Positions 20,110 to 30,810 of a stretch of DNA of 64,000 nucleotides are shown here, in pieces. Position numbers and translations under genes: made by a program. The stretch covers positions 714 through 64,713 of the forward strand of contig PAQG01000049.1 of the NCBI GenBank assembly GCA_002709645.1, given 5' to 3'. Below the pieces are notes generated by a model, which was not told the origin of the DNA, did not search any database, and was given only the letters and a program-made list of their open reading frames with translations. Every line of letters starts with the position of its first letter. Position 1 is the first letter of the stretch. The stretch is from Acidimicrobiaceae bacterium (GTDB taxonomy: Bacteria > Actinomycetota > Acidimicrobiia > Acidimicrobiales > UBA8592).

Positions 20110-21321
20110 ATGATCCCTTTAGAAGAAGCTCAAAATTATGTCCTTGAGACTGTGCAGAGGCTCGATATTGAGCGAGTAAGCCTACTCAAAGCCAGAGATC
20201 GAGTTACTGCAGAGTCAATAACTTCTCCGGAAAGCATCCCCCCTTTTGATAACACCGCGGTTGATGGATACGCAGTAATCGCTGCAGATATGCAGGGGGC
20301 CACCATCAACTCCCCAGTATCTTTGACTGTTCTAGAGTCAATTGCTGCTGGAACCGCTCCAGAGCAGTCCATTAAGACAACTGAGTGTTCAAAGATTATG
20401 ACAGGTGCACCAATTCCAGAAGGGGCAGACGCAGTTGTTATGGTCGAATGGTCCGAACTAGGTGAAAGCGAGAATTGCGTAAATATTACAAAAACAGTTT
20501 CGGCAGGTGATCATATTCGAAAATCTGGTGAAGATCTTCTCCCAGATGACCTTGTCATCCCTGAACAAACTCTTCTCAATCCGGCACACTTAGGTCTGTT
20601 GGCTAGTGTGGGAATCTATGAAATTGAAACATTCCGGAAGCCGAAAGTCGCTGTTTTTTCTACCGGCGATGAACTTATTGAAGGCTCACAAAGTCTAGAA
20701 CCCGGTCAGATCCGAGATTCCAACCGCTTTTCCCTCATAGCACTTCTCGAAAGAGATGGTTTCCAGACCGTAGATTTCGGCCTGGTCGCTGATGACGAAT
20801 CCGCTATTGAAGAAACGATTCAAAAAGCTACTGAAACTTGTGACGCAATCATTACGACAGGTGGAGTAAGCATGGGCGATTACGATTTCGTAAAAATTGT
20901 GTTAAGTAGGATTGGGGATATGCGTTGGATGCAGATCGCTATCAAGCCAGCAAAACCCTTCGCCTTCGGGACAGTCAATGATATTCCAGTTTTCGGCCTT
21001 CCGGGAAACCCTGTTTCTTCAATGGTTTCTTATGAACTCCTAACTAAACCAGCCCTCAAAAAAATGATGGGTCACGTCAAAGTATTCCCAACCTTTCTCA
21101 CGGGAGAAACGGTTGGAGATTTCAAGCGGAGAGAAGACGGGAAAACCCATTTCGTTCGAGCGGTCGCATCATTGGAAGAGATACCGCCAAAGGTATATTC
21201 GGCTCGGCGGCAGGGTTCGCACCAGTTGACTGGCATGGCAGAAGCAAATGCTCTAGTTGTCCTCCCAGATGGAGAAGGGGTCTCAGAGGGTTCTTCGTTG
21301 ATGTTCTTCTTCCTTGATTGA
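20110..21321 (+). CDS. moeA: Molybdopterin molybdotransferase MoeA/Glp
   Basis: PPFDNTAVDGYA, IMTGAPIP, STGDEL, DSN, TTGGVSMGDYD and GLPGNPVS motifs. Confidence 0.96.
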   Translation: MIPLEEAQNYVLETVQRLDIERVSLLKARDRVTAESITSPESIPPFDNTAVDGYAVIAADMQGATINSPVSLTVLESIAAGTAPEQSIKTTECSKIMTGAPIPEGADAVVMVEWSELGESENCVNITKTVSAGDHIRKSGEDLLPDDLVIPEQTLLNPAHLGLLASVGIYEIETFRKPKVAVFSTGDELIEGSQSLEPGQIRDSNRFSLIALLERDGFQTVDFGLVADDESAIEETIQKATETCDAIITTGGVSMGDYDFVKIVLSRIGDMRWMQIAIKPAKPFAFGTVNDIPVFGLPGNPVSSMVSYELLTKPALKKMMGHVKVFPTFLTGETVGDFKRREDGKTHFVRAVASLEEIPPKVYSARRQGSHQLTGMAEANALVVLPDGEGVSEGSSLMFFFLD

Positions 21322-21347
21322 TCTGTTGGCGCTACTATGAAAGCAAT

Positions 21348-22331
21348 ATGAAGCATCAACTCCTAGACACATATGGAAGAGTCCATAAAGACCTCAGAAT
21401 CTCAATTACGGACCGATGTAATTTCCGATGCTCATATTGCATGCCAGAAGATGGATTGGAATGGACTCCCCGAGAAGAACTATTGACATACGAAGAAATT
21501 GAACGGCTTTCAAGTCTTCTTGTTACACGTTTCGGAGTGGAAAGCATTCGACTCACAGGAGGCGAACCAACAGTCAGAGCAAATCTCAGCGACCTTATAG
21601 CTCGCTTAGCTAAGTTGAACGTAGATCTTTCAATGACAACTAACGGGGCGACTCTTTCTCTAGCAGCAAATAGGTTGAAAGAAGCCGGTCTTCAAAGAAT
21701 TAATATTTCACTTGATTCCCTCCAAAGAAAACGATTCGCTGAATTAACTAGACGCGACAACCTTGAGCAAGTTCTTGAAGGAATCTCAACTGCAACTCAG
21801 GTCGGATTTGACCCTGTGAAAATCAACATGGTTGTGATGAAAGGAATCAACGATGATGAAATACTAGATTTTGTTGAATTTGGCCGAAGGGAAAAAGTGG
21901 TTGTGAGGTTTATTGAATTTATGCCGCTGGATGCTGATGAAGCATGGGATCAGAAAAGAGTAATGCCGCTAAGTGAAATCCTAGAAATCATCTCAAAAGC
22001 GCATGGTCTTATACCAGTTGAGCGAGGCAACTCTCCGGCAGCACGGTGGAGATACGAGGATGGGGCTGGGGAGATAGGGGTTATAGCAACGGTCTCAGAT
22101 GCATTCTGTGATTCTTGCGACCGGATACGATTAACGGCAGATGGGAAATTTCGCAACTGCCTATTTGCTTTAAAAGATTATGATGTTAGAGAACTTCTCC
22201 GGAATGGGGCAGATGACGATCAGATTTCTAATCTATTTGTGCATGGCGTTAAGGAAAAATGGGCTGGACATCAAATAGGGAAATCAGTTTTTATACGCCC
22301 AAGTAAATCCATGTCTCAAATAGGAGGATGA
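21348..22331 (+). CDS. moaA: GTP 3',8-cyclase
   Basis: Radical SAM CNFRCSYC, TGGEP, C-terminal CDSC...C cluster, ends SQIGG. Confidence 0.97.
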   Translation: MKHQLLDTYGRVHKDLRISITDRCNFRCSYCMPEDGLEWTPREELLTYEEIERLSSLLVTRFGVESIRLTGGEPTVRANLSDLIARLAKLNVDLSMTTNGATLSLAANRLKEAGLQRINISLDSLQRKRFAELTRRDNLEQVLEGISTATQVGFDPVKINMVVMKGINDDEILDFVEFGRREKVVVRFIEFMPLDADEAWDQKRVMPLSEILEIISKAHGLIPVERGNSPAARWRYEDGAGEIGVIATVSDAFCDSCDRIRLTADGKFRNCLFALKDYDVRELLRNGADDDQISNLFVHGVKEKWAGHQIGKSVFIRPSKSMSQIGG

Positions 22332-22332
22332 A

Positions 22333-22809
22333 ATGACAGAACAAGAGTTCACTCACCTCAATTCACGTGGCGAGGCCAGAATGGTAGACATTAGCCCTAA
22401 GGAACCAACTTTACGGAAAGCTCTTGCCAAGGCGCAGATTTCTATGTCGGAAAAGACACTAAAATCGTTAACAGAGGGAACCATAGTTAAAGGCGATGTT
22501 TTCGCTATTGCTCGAGTTGCTGGAATCCAAGCGGCAAAAAAAACCTCGGAACTTATCCCTTTATGTCACCCGCTCATGTTGAACACCGTAGAAGTAAATT
22601 TTGATATCAATGAAAATAATGTTTCCATTGAAGCTATAGCGACCACTCTGAGTCAAACCGGCGTAGAAATGGAGGCATTAACTGCATGTTCAATTGCTGC
22701 ATTAACGATTTATGATATGTGTAAGAGTTCTGATAAGGCAATGGTTATCTCTGACTTAGCGCTATGGGAAAAAACTGGTGGGAAATCAGGACCATACAAA
22801 AGAAGTTGA
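22333..22809 (+). CDS. moaC: Cyclic pyranopterin monophosphate synthase
   Basis: ARMVDIS.K, LIPLCHP, TGVEMEAL, YDMCK and KTGGKSG motifs. Confidence 0.97.
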   Translation: MTEQEFTHLNSRGEARMVDISPKEPTLRKALAKAQISMSEKTLKSLTEGTIVKGDVFAIARVAGIQAAKKTSELIPLCHPLMLNTVEVNFDINENNVSIEAIATTLSQTGVEMEALTACSIAALTIYDMCKSSDKAMVISDLALWEKTGGKSGPYKRS

Positions 22810-22944
22810 GAACAGTCATCTCCGGCCTAGAATAAGGGTTTTTTGGAGAGGTCCGACAGCGTAAAAATCCTTGAACTATCCACCAATTGCTCTCAAAATA
22901 GTGCAAAAATTTTACTAGTACATCCGAGAGGATTTGGTGGAGTA

Positions 22945-23451
22945 GTGCTGCTAGTAGCGTTAGCTGTTTTATGGTTAGGGGCAGGGGTTTATTGGTTACG
23001 TAATCGCATTGCTTCTCCATCAATGGTGACCGGACAGTTCTTAGGCCGGTTACGTTTCCGCAGAAGCACAAGGGCCGTAGTAGTACCTCTTAGAGGATCT
23101 CAGGGCACATTGGGATACTCACACCAACCAGGACATTCGTTAGTCGAGCCTCCACTCGATATGAGACAAAAGGGGATAAATCCCATGGAAATAACAAGTG
23201 AGCAAGCACGTATTCGGAGAAGGAAAGTATTGTTGTCGCTAGTTGGACTAGTTGCATTTACACTTCTTTTGGCAATTGTCGTAGGTGGTAGTTTCATTGC
23301 GTTACAACTATTCTCTGACACACTTCTTTTCGGCTACGTCCTTGCGCTAGTTCATTATCAACGGTTGGTAGAGCAAGCCAAGCAAAACTACTACGAAGCG
23401 TATGATGCTCCCAGCCTTAGTTATGCTGCTACGGGAACAGAAAGCCTATAA
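22945..23451 (+). CDS. SepX/GlpR-like membrane protein (start uncertain)
   Basis: N-terminal TM (LAVLWL...YWLRNR), cytoplasmic linker, ARIRRRKVL followed by a TM hairpin; lies between moeA/moaC and tRNA-Ala(CGC). Confidence 0.6.
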   Translation: MLLVALAVLWLGAGVYWLRNRIASPSMVTGQFLGRLRFRRSTRAVVVPLRGSQGTLGYSHQPGHSLVEPPLDMRQKGINPMEITSEQARIRRRKVLLSLVGLVAFTLLLAIVVGGSFIALQLFSDTLLFGYVLALVHYQRLVEQAKQNYYEAYDAPSLSYAATGTESL

Positions 23452-23503
23452 ACAACTTTCTGTTAACAAAGGTTTTCTGGCTAATCTTGGCTGAAAATCA
23501 TCA

Positions 23504-23578
<75 letters not shown>

Positions 23579-23637
23579 TCCATCTGTCTTTTAACCTTAC
23601 ATGTCTATGAGCACCCCACTGAGACTATGATGGCCAC

Positions 23638-25593
23638 GTGAGTCAGCTCTGGGAACCATCTGAAAGAAAGATAAACGAATCTCGATTAATGAGCTTCGCC
23701 AGTACGGCTGAACCTCTTTTTAACGTTGACCTCCCAGATTACGATGCGGTTCACAAATGGAGCATCGAGTCACCGGATCAATTCTGGAGGCATGCATGGT
23801 CCGATCTCGGATTAATCGGCGAAATGGGTGACCGAACTCTTGTTACAGGAGAGAATCTTCAGGAATCGGTGCTTTTCCCCGATGCCACTCTCAATATCGC
23901 AGAGAATTTCCTCAAAAGAAACGACGACACTGAAGCAATCATCTGGGTAGACGAACTTGGGAACACATTTAAATTAACTTGGGCCGAACTCAATGATCAG
24001 GTCTCTTTATTGCAACAGGCTCTTTTGGATTTGGGGGTGGGAAATGGAGATTGTGTCGCTGCATGGTTGCCTAACCGCCCAGAAACGATTTCGGTGATGA
24101 TTGCAGCAGCAAGTATTGGTGCGGTTTTCACTTCAACTTCACCGGATTTTGGTGTTACCGGACTACTAGATCGGTTCACTCAAGCAAAACCGAAGATTCT
24201 TTTTGCTACTGACGGTTATTTCTATGGTGGGAAATGGTTCTCTTGTTTAGAGAAACTTGAAAAAGTTGAGTCAGGTCTACCGTCTTTGCAGCAAACCATC
24301 ATAGTTCCGTATCAAACTAGAAAAGATATGACACATGATGCAATAGTGGGTAACTCGCAACTCATTTGGGAAGATTTTATTAGGGCCTATAGTCCTAAAT
24401 CTATAAACTTTCCCCCGCATAGTTTCAATCACCCTTGGTACATTCTTTATTCATCTGGGACTACTGGAAAGCCTAAATGTATCGTTCACCGAACTGGCGG
24501 TGTTCTCTTAAAGCATTTAGTCGAACATAGGCTTCAATGTGATGTGAAGATTGGAGATAGGGTTTTCTACTACACCACCGCAGGGTGGATGATGTGGAAT
24601 TGGCTAGTTTCTGCACTGGCATCGGAGGCAACGGTTGTTCTTTACGATGGTTCCCCGTTTCATCCGAGTCCTACCTCCTTGTTTGATTTAGCTGATGAGC
24701 AATCAGTTACTCTTTTGGGGATTTCAGCAAAATATGTAGATGCATGTGCAAAAGCTGGGTTAGCGCCAATGCAGACTCATGACCTATCAAGTATTCGAAC
24801 AATTTGTTCGACAGGTTCAACTCTTGTCGGGGAAAGTTTTGATTACGTTTATAGAGATATTAAAAAGGATGTGCATCTCCAATCAATGTCCGGGGGAACA
24901 GATTTGTGTGGGTGTTTAGTAGCAGGTGATCCAACAGGGCCAGTTCACCGAGGAGAAATTCAGAAACCAGCGTTAGGGGTAAACATTGAAATTCTTAACG
25001 ACACGGGCAAACAATTAGGTCATAGTGAGCAGGGTGAACTCGTATGTTCTAGCCCATTCCCATCAATGCCGCTTGAGTTTCTTAATGATGAAACAGGAGA
25101 AAAATATTCTTCCGCATATTTTAACCGATATGAAAAAAAGTGGCATCAAGGAGATTTTGCCGAGTGGACGCCAACAGGTGGGGTAGTTATTCATGGGCGT
25201 TCAGATGCAACTTTAAATCCCGGGGGAGTGAGGATAGGTACGGCTGAAATTTACAGTGTTGTTGACGCTTTAGAAGAAATAAGCGAAAGCGTAGCGATAA
25301 CTCAAGAATGGGATGGTGACAATAGAATCGTGCTATTTGTAATCACGTCAGGCACGAATGACTTTAATACTGCACTTGAGGAAAAAATAAAGAAGGCACT
25401 CCGCGATAAAGCGTCGCCAAGACATGTGCCTGCCATCATAATTCCTGTTCTGGATTTGCCGAGAACGAGAAGCGGGAAACTCTCAGAACTTGCGGTCAAG
25501 GCTGTTGTGAAAGGAACTACAGTTCGGAACGCGGAGGCATTAGCAAATCCTGAAGCGTTAGACTATTTCAAAGATCTAAAGGAACTTCAATGA
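23638..25593 (+). CDS. Acetoacetate--CoA ligase
   Basis: ILYSSGTTGKPKCIVH, GWMMWNW, SGGTD and GRSDATLNPGGVRIGTAEIY motifs. Confidence 0.93.
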   Translation: MSQLWEPSERKINESRLMSFASTAEPLFNVDLPDYDAVHKWSIESPDQFWRHAWSDLGLIGEMGDRTLVTGENLQESVLFPDATLNIAENFLKRNDDTEAIIWVDELGNTFKLTWAELNDQVSLLQQALLDLGVGNGDCVAAWLPNRPETISVMIAAASIGAVFTSTSPDFGVTGLLDRFTQAKPKILFATDGYFYGGKWFSCLEKLEKVESGLPSLQQTIIVPYQTRKDMTHDAIVGNSQLIWEDFIRAYSPKSINFPPHSFNHPWYILYSSGTTGKPKCIVHRTGGVLLKHLVEHRLQCDVKIGDRVFYYTTAGWMMWNWLVSALASEATVVLYDGSPFHPSPTSLFDLADEQSVTLLGISAKYVDACAKAGLAPMQTHDLSSIRTICSTGSTLVGESFDYVYRDIKKDVHLQSMSGGTDLCGCLVAGDPTGPVHRGEIQKPALGVNIEILNDTGKQLGHSEQGELVCSSPFPSMPLEFLNDETGEKYSSAYFNRYEKKWHQGDFAEWTPTGGVVIHGRSDATLNPGGVRIGTAEIYSVVDALEEISESVAITQEWDGDNRIVLFVITSGTNDFNTALEEKIKKALRDKASPRHVPAIIIPVLDLPRTRSGKLSELAVKAVVKGTTVRNAEALANPEALDYFKDLKELQ

Positions 25594-26423
25594 CGCAACA
25601 ATTAAGGAGCATGCTATTTGCTCCGGGTAATAAAGCAGAACTCCTTCAGAAATTTCAGAAGATACAACCTGATGCGGCAGTAGTTGATCTTGAGGACGCT
25701 GTTCCAGATTCTGAAAAGGCAATTGCCAGAGAAAATCTTCAAAAATTTGGGGTCTCCTTTAAGGACGAGAAATTCTCTATGTATGCAAGGGTCAATCAAG
25801 TTTCCTCAGAATTCTTTGAGTCTGATATAGAAGCAGCTAGTTCTTATCTAGACGGAATTGTTATCCCTAAAATCAGCAGCGTAAAAGAATTACAAAGAGC
25901 TGAAAAAATGCTTTCTGCTACTTCATTTGCTTCTCGTATCGTAGTGGGAATTGAAACCGTAAGAGGTTTAATGTCTGCCCAAGAGATCCTGTCAAGTGAT
26001 TCAGTGATCGCAGCTTATTTTGGCGCAGAGGACTTCATTGCGGATTTGGGAGGTATTCGGACCGTCAGTAATGAAGAGGTTCTATTCGCTAGGTCACAGA
26101 TGGGAATACTGGGTAGGCTAGCTGGGATACCGGTTATTGATCAGATTGTCGCAGATTTCTCCGATACAGAGAGATTTACAAGAGAAGCGGTGCAAGCGAG
26201 ATCATTGGGTTTTGCCGGGAAATTATGCATACACCCTTCTCAAGTAACTCTTGCCAACGAATCATTTTCTCCGCGTGAAGAAGAAGTGAAACGAGCGAAA
26301 GAATTGCTCTTAGTATATGAAAATGCTGTCTCACAAGGTTCAGCATCAATTGTCTTTGATGGGCAAATGGTTGACGAAGCGTTGGCTAAACAAGCTCGAA
26401 GGATTTTGGGTCTATCCGATTAG
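25590..26423 (+). CDS. CitE/HpcH-HpaI family CoA-ester lyase
   Basis: RSMLFAPG, DLEDAV, ARVN, IET, GAEDF, GKLCIHPSQ and GQMVD motifs; ATGA overlap. Confidence 0.9.
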   Translation: MTQQLRSMLFAPGNKAELLQKFQKIQPDAAVVDLEDAVPDSEKAIARENLQKFGVSFKDEKFSMYARVNQVSSEFFESDIEAASSYLDGIVIPKISSVKELQRAEKMLSATSFASRIVVGIETVRGLMSAQEILSSDSVIAAYFGAEDFIADLGGIRTVSNEEVLFARSQMGILGRLAGIPVIDQIVADFSDTERFTREAVQARSLGFAGKLCIHPSQVTLANESFSPREEEVKRAKELLLVYENAVSQGSASIVFDGQMVDEALAKQARRILGLSD

Positions 26424-27307
26424 TCTTCATTTTCGCGCCCTCGAAGAACAATAGCGAAAATTATCAAGCCAATCCCAAATAGTTCTTCAACTGATGGTCG
26501 TTGTTGCAAAGCTATTATCCCAACACACATAGCGGTTGCTGGTAGCAATGATTGTAAGAAAGCAAACCGAGATTTGGATATTTTGCGGAACACTATTTGG
26601 TCAATTCCATAAGGAATTACGTTTGCTAAAAAACCTGTTAAGAGAGCTAATAATATCAAGAGCGGAGAATCAACGAAATGGTCAAACGAACCAAATGAAG
26701 CGGGCGAGATTACCAATCCGCCGATAAGCATTCCAATGCCAAGCCCGTCTAAGTGTGCTCCAGTCCTTGCAACCTTGCTCCCGAGAATGATATAAAGCGC
26801 CCAGAACATGCCAGCTGACAAAGCAAATATAAAGCCAACTATTGACCCTTCAGGTGTCACTTCAGCTAATAAAAGAACACCCAAAGCCGCTAAGAGTAAT
26901 GAACTCAAATTTCTTGCTGACCGACGACCTGCTGCGGCAACCGCTATAGGGCCAATAAACTCTATGGCAACGGCATTTCCGAGTGGTAACTCATTTATAG
27001 CTAGATAGAAACATAGATTCATCGCTGCGAGAACGATTCCAAAAGCAGCGGTCCAATACACATCTAAATCATTGAAGGAACGATTCCAAGAGCGCCGTAG
27101 CATAATAAGGATAATCGCTGCACCAATGACACGTAAGGTAGCCACCATACCCACACCTAAGTCATCGAAAAGATTAAAGGCGAGCGCAGCGCCTAAGTAT
27201 TGCGAAATTGCTCCCAATACAAAGAAAAGTTCAGGTGGGGTTGAGCCTTGTAAATACTCTTGTTTCACTCCGAACCTTCTGAATTGCACTAGATAACGGT
27301 ACCCCAA
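26420..27307 (-). CDS. EamA/RhtA-type DMT transporter (true start possibly GTG at 27268)
   Basis: About 10 TM; MNLCFYLAI..LPLG.AVAIEF.GP motif. Confidence 0.88.
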   Translation of the reverse strand: MGYRYLVQFRRFGVKQEYLQGSTPPELFFVLGAISQYLGAALAFNLFDDLGVGMVATLRVIGAAIILIMLRRSWNRSFNDLDVYWTAAFGIVLAAMNLCFYLAINELPLGNAVAIEFIGPIAVAAAGRRSARNLSSLLLAALGVLLLAEVTPEGSIVGFIFALSAGMFWALYIILGSKVARTGAHLDGLGIGMLIGGLVISPASFGSFDHFVDSPLLILLALLTGFLANVIPYGIDQIVFRKISKSRFAFLQSLLPATAMCVGIIALQQRPSVEELFGIGLIIFAIVLRGRENED

Positions 27308-27346
27308 ACGGTCCAGATGGTGAATTTAGCGGCTAACGTCGTTGCT

Positions 27347-28468
27347 ATGGGACAAATCCAGAAAGAACAACAATCACTTGAATCAAGTATCGAAAATTAC
27401 TCTCAACCATTTGCGTTTGGTGTTGGAGTTGCGACAAAGAGTCCTGAGGGGGAAATTCTTGATGTTTTCTACCCTTCTCCTCAGTGCCAAACAGAACCAT
27501 ACACCTGTGCGTTAATCGCAAAGGCAATTGGATGGAGCGGCGAAACAGCAACTTTTGAAGTTGAACCCCATGTTTTGTCAGAATTAGCTTCTGTTCTAGA
27601 AGACGCGGAGAGAAACGAAGACTTCAAAGAATCGTCAGCGGCAGTCTTAGCAGCTATTTCTAAAGTAGTTTTAAATAAGGATGTGCCTGGTGGAAAAAAA
27701 ATCGCTGTTGCTAGCTTTATCGCTAGCAAGGCGGATGCTCCAGTTGATGCGATAGATACATATCTTCGGCTTCATCTGTTATCAGCCCGTCTTGTAAAAC
27801 CCCATGGGATTGATTTATCTGGAATTTTCGGCAAATTAACTAACTGTGTTTGGACGAATCTCGGGCCATTCAAAGCAGAAGATTTTGAAACTCAACGAGT
27901 ACAGCTAATAGCTGACCAGAAAGATATTTATGTTCACGGCCTTGATAAATTCCCTCGGATGACAGATTACGTTGTACCTTCTGGGGTAAGAATTGCTGAT
28001 GCAAATAGAGTCAGATTGGGCGCACACCTATCTGAAGGGACGACAATAATGCACGAGGGATTCTGTAATTTCAATGCAGGTACGCTTGGGTCATCCATGG
28101 TTGAAGGAAGAATTTCGGCAGGTGTTGTAATAGGTAATGGCTCAGATATCGGTGGGGGCGCTTCCATAATGGGGACTCTCTCCGGTGGTGGCTCAGAAGT
28201 GATATCAGTCGGAGAAGATTGTTTAATTGGTGCAGAGGCAGGAATCGGAATTTCCCTTGGGGATAATTGTGTTGTTGAGGCTGGGCTGTATGTCACTGCA
28301 GGCACCTTAGTAGAAACCCCTGATGGGGAAACTGTTAAAGCACAATTGCTCTCAGGTGTAAATAATCTTCTATTTCGTCGGAACTCGGTTACTGGGGCAG
28401 TTGAGGCGCTTATGCGAGGAGAAGGTTCTAGTTGGCAGGGCCTTAACGAAGAACTCCACAAAAACTAA
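27347..28468 (+). CDS. dapD: Tetrahydrodipicolinate N-succinyltransferase
   Basis: YLRLHLLS.RLVKP, DKFPRMTDYVVPSGVRIAD, MHEGF.NFNAGT and LHKN C-terminus. Confidence 0.96.
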   Translation: MGQIQKEQQSLESSIENYSQPFAFGVGVATKSPEGEILDVFYPSPQCQTEPYTCALIAKAIGWSGETATFEVEPHVLSELASVLEDAERNEDFKESSAAVLAAISKVVLNKDVPGGKKIAVASFIASKADAPVDAIDTYLRLHLLSARLVKPHGIDLSGIFGKLTNCVWTNLGPFKAEDFETQRVQLIADQKDIYVHGLDKFPRMTDYVVPSGVRIADANRVRLGAHLSEGTTIMHEGFCNFNAGTLGSSMVEGRISAGVVIGNGSDIGGGASIMGTLSGGGSEVISVGEDCLIGAEAGIGISLGDNCVVEAGLYVTAGTLVETPDGETVKAQLLSGVNNLLFRRNSVTGAVEALMRGEGSSWQGLNEELHKN

Positions 28469-28484
28469 TCACAGTAATGAAGTT

Positions 28485-29471
28485 ATGACCGATCTTCGAC
28501 AATTGGGATGGGACAACTATCAAAAAAATTGTAGTCCTGACTTCGGTGGCGGTTCACTTGGAAGAGTTCGTCGTGTTGACCGTGGAGAAGTTGATGTTGT
28601 CACAGAAATGGGTGAAATACGTGCTCTTTCCGACAGTAAACGGACTTCGGTAAGTACAGCGCCAGCAACAGGAGATTGGGTTGAAATTAAAGAAGATCCT
28701 GATATGGGATTTCTTGTAGAAAGAGTACTACCACGATACTCATCCATCGTGCGGCGCGATCCCGCTGAGTTAGAACAAGCGCAAGTTATGGTTAGCAATA
28801 TAGATCTCGTAGGAATAATTTCATCAGCCGATCGCCCAATCAACATAGCGAGAATTGAGAGATTTTTGGTTTTGGCAGAAAACAGTCAAGCTGAAGCCAT
28901 ACTCATCCTTACGAAACAAGATTTGGGTATCCCTAGAGAGTGGAGAGGGGTAGTGGAGGATTTTTCTGAAATACAGTCCATAGAAACTAGTGTTATAGAT
29001 GGAAGCGGGATTGCAAAGATCCAGAACTGCATCGCACCTGATCGCACTTTAGTGCTTTTGGGGGAGTCAGGTATCGGGAAGTCTTCATTGGTAAATTTGC
29101 TGATGGGGGAAGAAGTCCAACAAACTTCTGAAGTGCGTCTTGGAGATAAGAAAGGTCGGCACACTACGGTCGCCCGAGAGCTATTGACGATCCCAACTGG
29201 TGGGATTCTTATAGATACACCAGGCATACGTGGAGTTGGTTTATGGGATGCGGAAGAAGCAGTGGACCGAGTATTTTCAGAAATATCAACTGAAGCGCAG
29301 CGCTGCCGATTTAAGGATTGCACTCATACAGCCGAACCAGAATGTGCTGTGATCAACGCTGTGACCGCAGGGGTTATTGACCAAAATAAACTCGCTCGAT
29401 ATTTACGGTTAAGAGAAGAACTACAAGAGCAGGCAGAAAAGCGAAACCTTCAAAGGAGAAAGCCCCGTTAG
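28485..29471 (+). CDS. rsgA: Ribosome small subunit-dependent GTPase A
   Basis: Circularly permuted GTPase (TKQD, GESGIGKS, GRHTT, DTPG) and CRFKDCTH..EP.C zinc site. Confidence 0.94.
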   Translation: MTDLRQLGWDNYQKNCSPDFGGGSLGRVRRVDRGEVDVVTEMGEIRALSDSKRTSVSTAPATGDWVEIKEDPDMGFLVERVLPRYSSIVRRDPAELEQAQVMVSNIDLVGIISSADRPINIARIERFLVLAENSQAEAILILTKQDLGIPREWRGVVEDFSEIQSIETSVIDGSGIAKIQNCIAPDRTLVLLGESGIGKSSLVNLLMGEEVQQTSEVRLGDKKGRHTTVARELLTIPTGGILIDTPGIRGVGLWDAEEAVDRVFSEISTEAQRCRFKDCTHTAEPECAVINAVTAGVIDQNKLARYLRLREELQEQAEKRNLQRRKPR

Positions 29472-29507
29472 CGCTCTAAATGTATGAAAGGCAGCTACTT
29501 TATTACA

Positions 29508-30728
29508 ATGGATTTCAGGTACACAAAATCAGAAACTGAGTTCGTAGATGAGGTACGTACCTGGCTTAAGGATCATGTGAAGGGCGAATTCGTAGCGCTC
29601 CAAAATAAAGGTTTAACAGGTCATGAAGATGTTGACCCTGAATTGCAAATCGCATGGGAGAAGGAACTAGCCACAGGGGGTTGGCTGGGTATTGATTTTC
29701 CGAAATCGATAGGTGGCCGTGGATGTTCATTGGTTGAACAGGTTCTCTTTCACAAAACTTATGTTGAAGCTAGAGCTCCCGGCAGAATTCCTAATATGGG
29801 CGTTTCTTTATTAGGTCCGACGTTAATGGCATTTGGCTCCACAGAGCAGCAGCAACGGTTTGTCCCTCAAATTCTTGCTGGCGAAGAACTTTGGTGTCAG
29901 GGGTACAGTGAGCCAGATGCTGGCTCTGACCTATCAAATGTCAATACAAAAGCAGAACTTATTGACGGCCGTTGGGTAATTAATGGCCAGAAAATTTGGA
30001 CGTCTTTAGCCCAATTCGCAGATTGGATATTTGTTGTTGCAAGAACTGAGAAAGGATCACAAAAACATAAAGGCCTCTCCTATTTGTTGGTGCCCATGGA
30101 ACAAGACGGGGTTACAATCAGGTCGATTGTTCAGATAACCGGTGGCGCTGAATTTAACGAGACTTTCTTTGACGATGCTTCAACTGATAAGAACCTTGTC
30201 GTCGGAGGTGAAGGAAATGGGTGGAAGGTTGCTATGGGTACTCTTTCGTTTGAGCGTGGAGCTTCAACTCTTGGACAGCAAGTTAGTTTTCGACAAGAAC
30301 TAGATGATCTTATGCAGGCAGCAAAAGAAAATGGCAAATGGGGTGATCCTGTTATTCGGCAGAAAATAACGCAGTCCTATATTGGGTTAGAAATTCTAAG
30401 GTACAACCAACTACGCATGCTTACCGCTCTTGTCGCTGATGGTGTTCCCGGAGCTGAACAAAGCATTGGAAAACTCTACTGGGCGACGTGGCATCGAGAA
30501 CTTGGCGAACTATGGATGCTAGTTAAGGGCGCATCTGGCATGGTTGCGATGAACGGGTACAGCGGAGAGGGTGGGGTAGCGTACACCCTTGACAGAGAGC
30601 AGAGAACATTTCTCTATAGTCGGGCCCACACCATTTACGGCGGTAGTAATGAAATCCAAAGAAACATCATCGGTGAACGAGTCCTAGGTCTTCCAAAAGA
30701 ACCAAAAAAAGCTAACCAAAGTGATTAA
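29508..30728 (+). CDS. Acyl-CoA dehydrogenase, FadE30/IpdE1-like
   Basis: WCQGYSEPDAGSDL, GQKIWTS, LSFERG.STLGQQ, KLYWATWHR.LGEL and TIYGGSNEIQRNII.ERVLGLP motifs. Confidence 0.88.
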   Translation: MDFRYTKSETEFVDEVRTWLKDHVKGEFVALQNKGLTGHEDVDPELQIAWEKELATGGWLGIDFPKSIGGRGCSLVEQVLFHKTYVEARAPGRIPNMGVSLLGPTLMAFGSTEQQQRFVPQILAGEELWCQGYSEPDAGSDLSNVNTKAELIDGRWVINGQKIWTSLAQFADWIFVVARTEKGSQKHKGLSYLLVPMEQDGVTIRSIVQITGGAEFNETFFDDASTDKNLVVGGEGNGWKVAMGTLSFERGASTLGQQVSFRQELDDLMQAAKENGKWGDPVIRQKITQSYIGLEILRYNQLRMLTALVADGVPGAEQSIGKLYWATWHRELGELWMLVKGASGMVAMNGYSGEGGVAYTLDREQRTFLYSRAHTIYGGSNEIQRNIIGERVLGLPKEPKKANQSD

Positions 30729-30810
30729 GAAAACACCTCTAAACGTGAATAGGGGCACGCGTGAGGGTAAAGTACATTGCCAAGACCATTGAAAAATCGA
30801 AAGGAATCAA

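Noticed and set aside
27967-28461. Long antisense ORFs (also 2285..2839, 28886..29323, 62326..62790 and many of 60-140 aa)
   Set aside because: Shadow frames of well-supported genes, with no motifs of their own.
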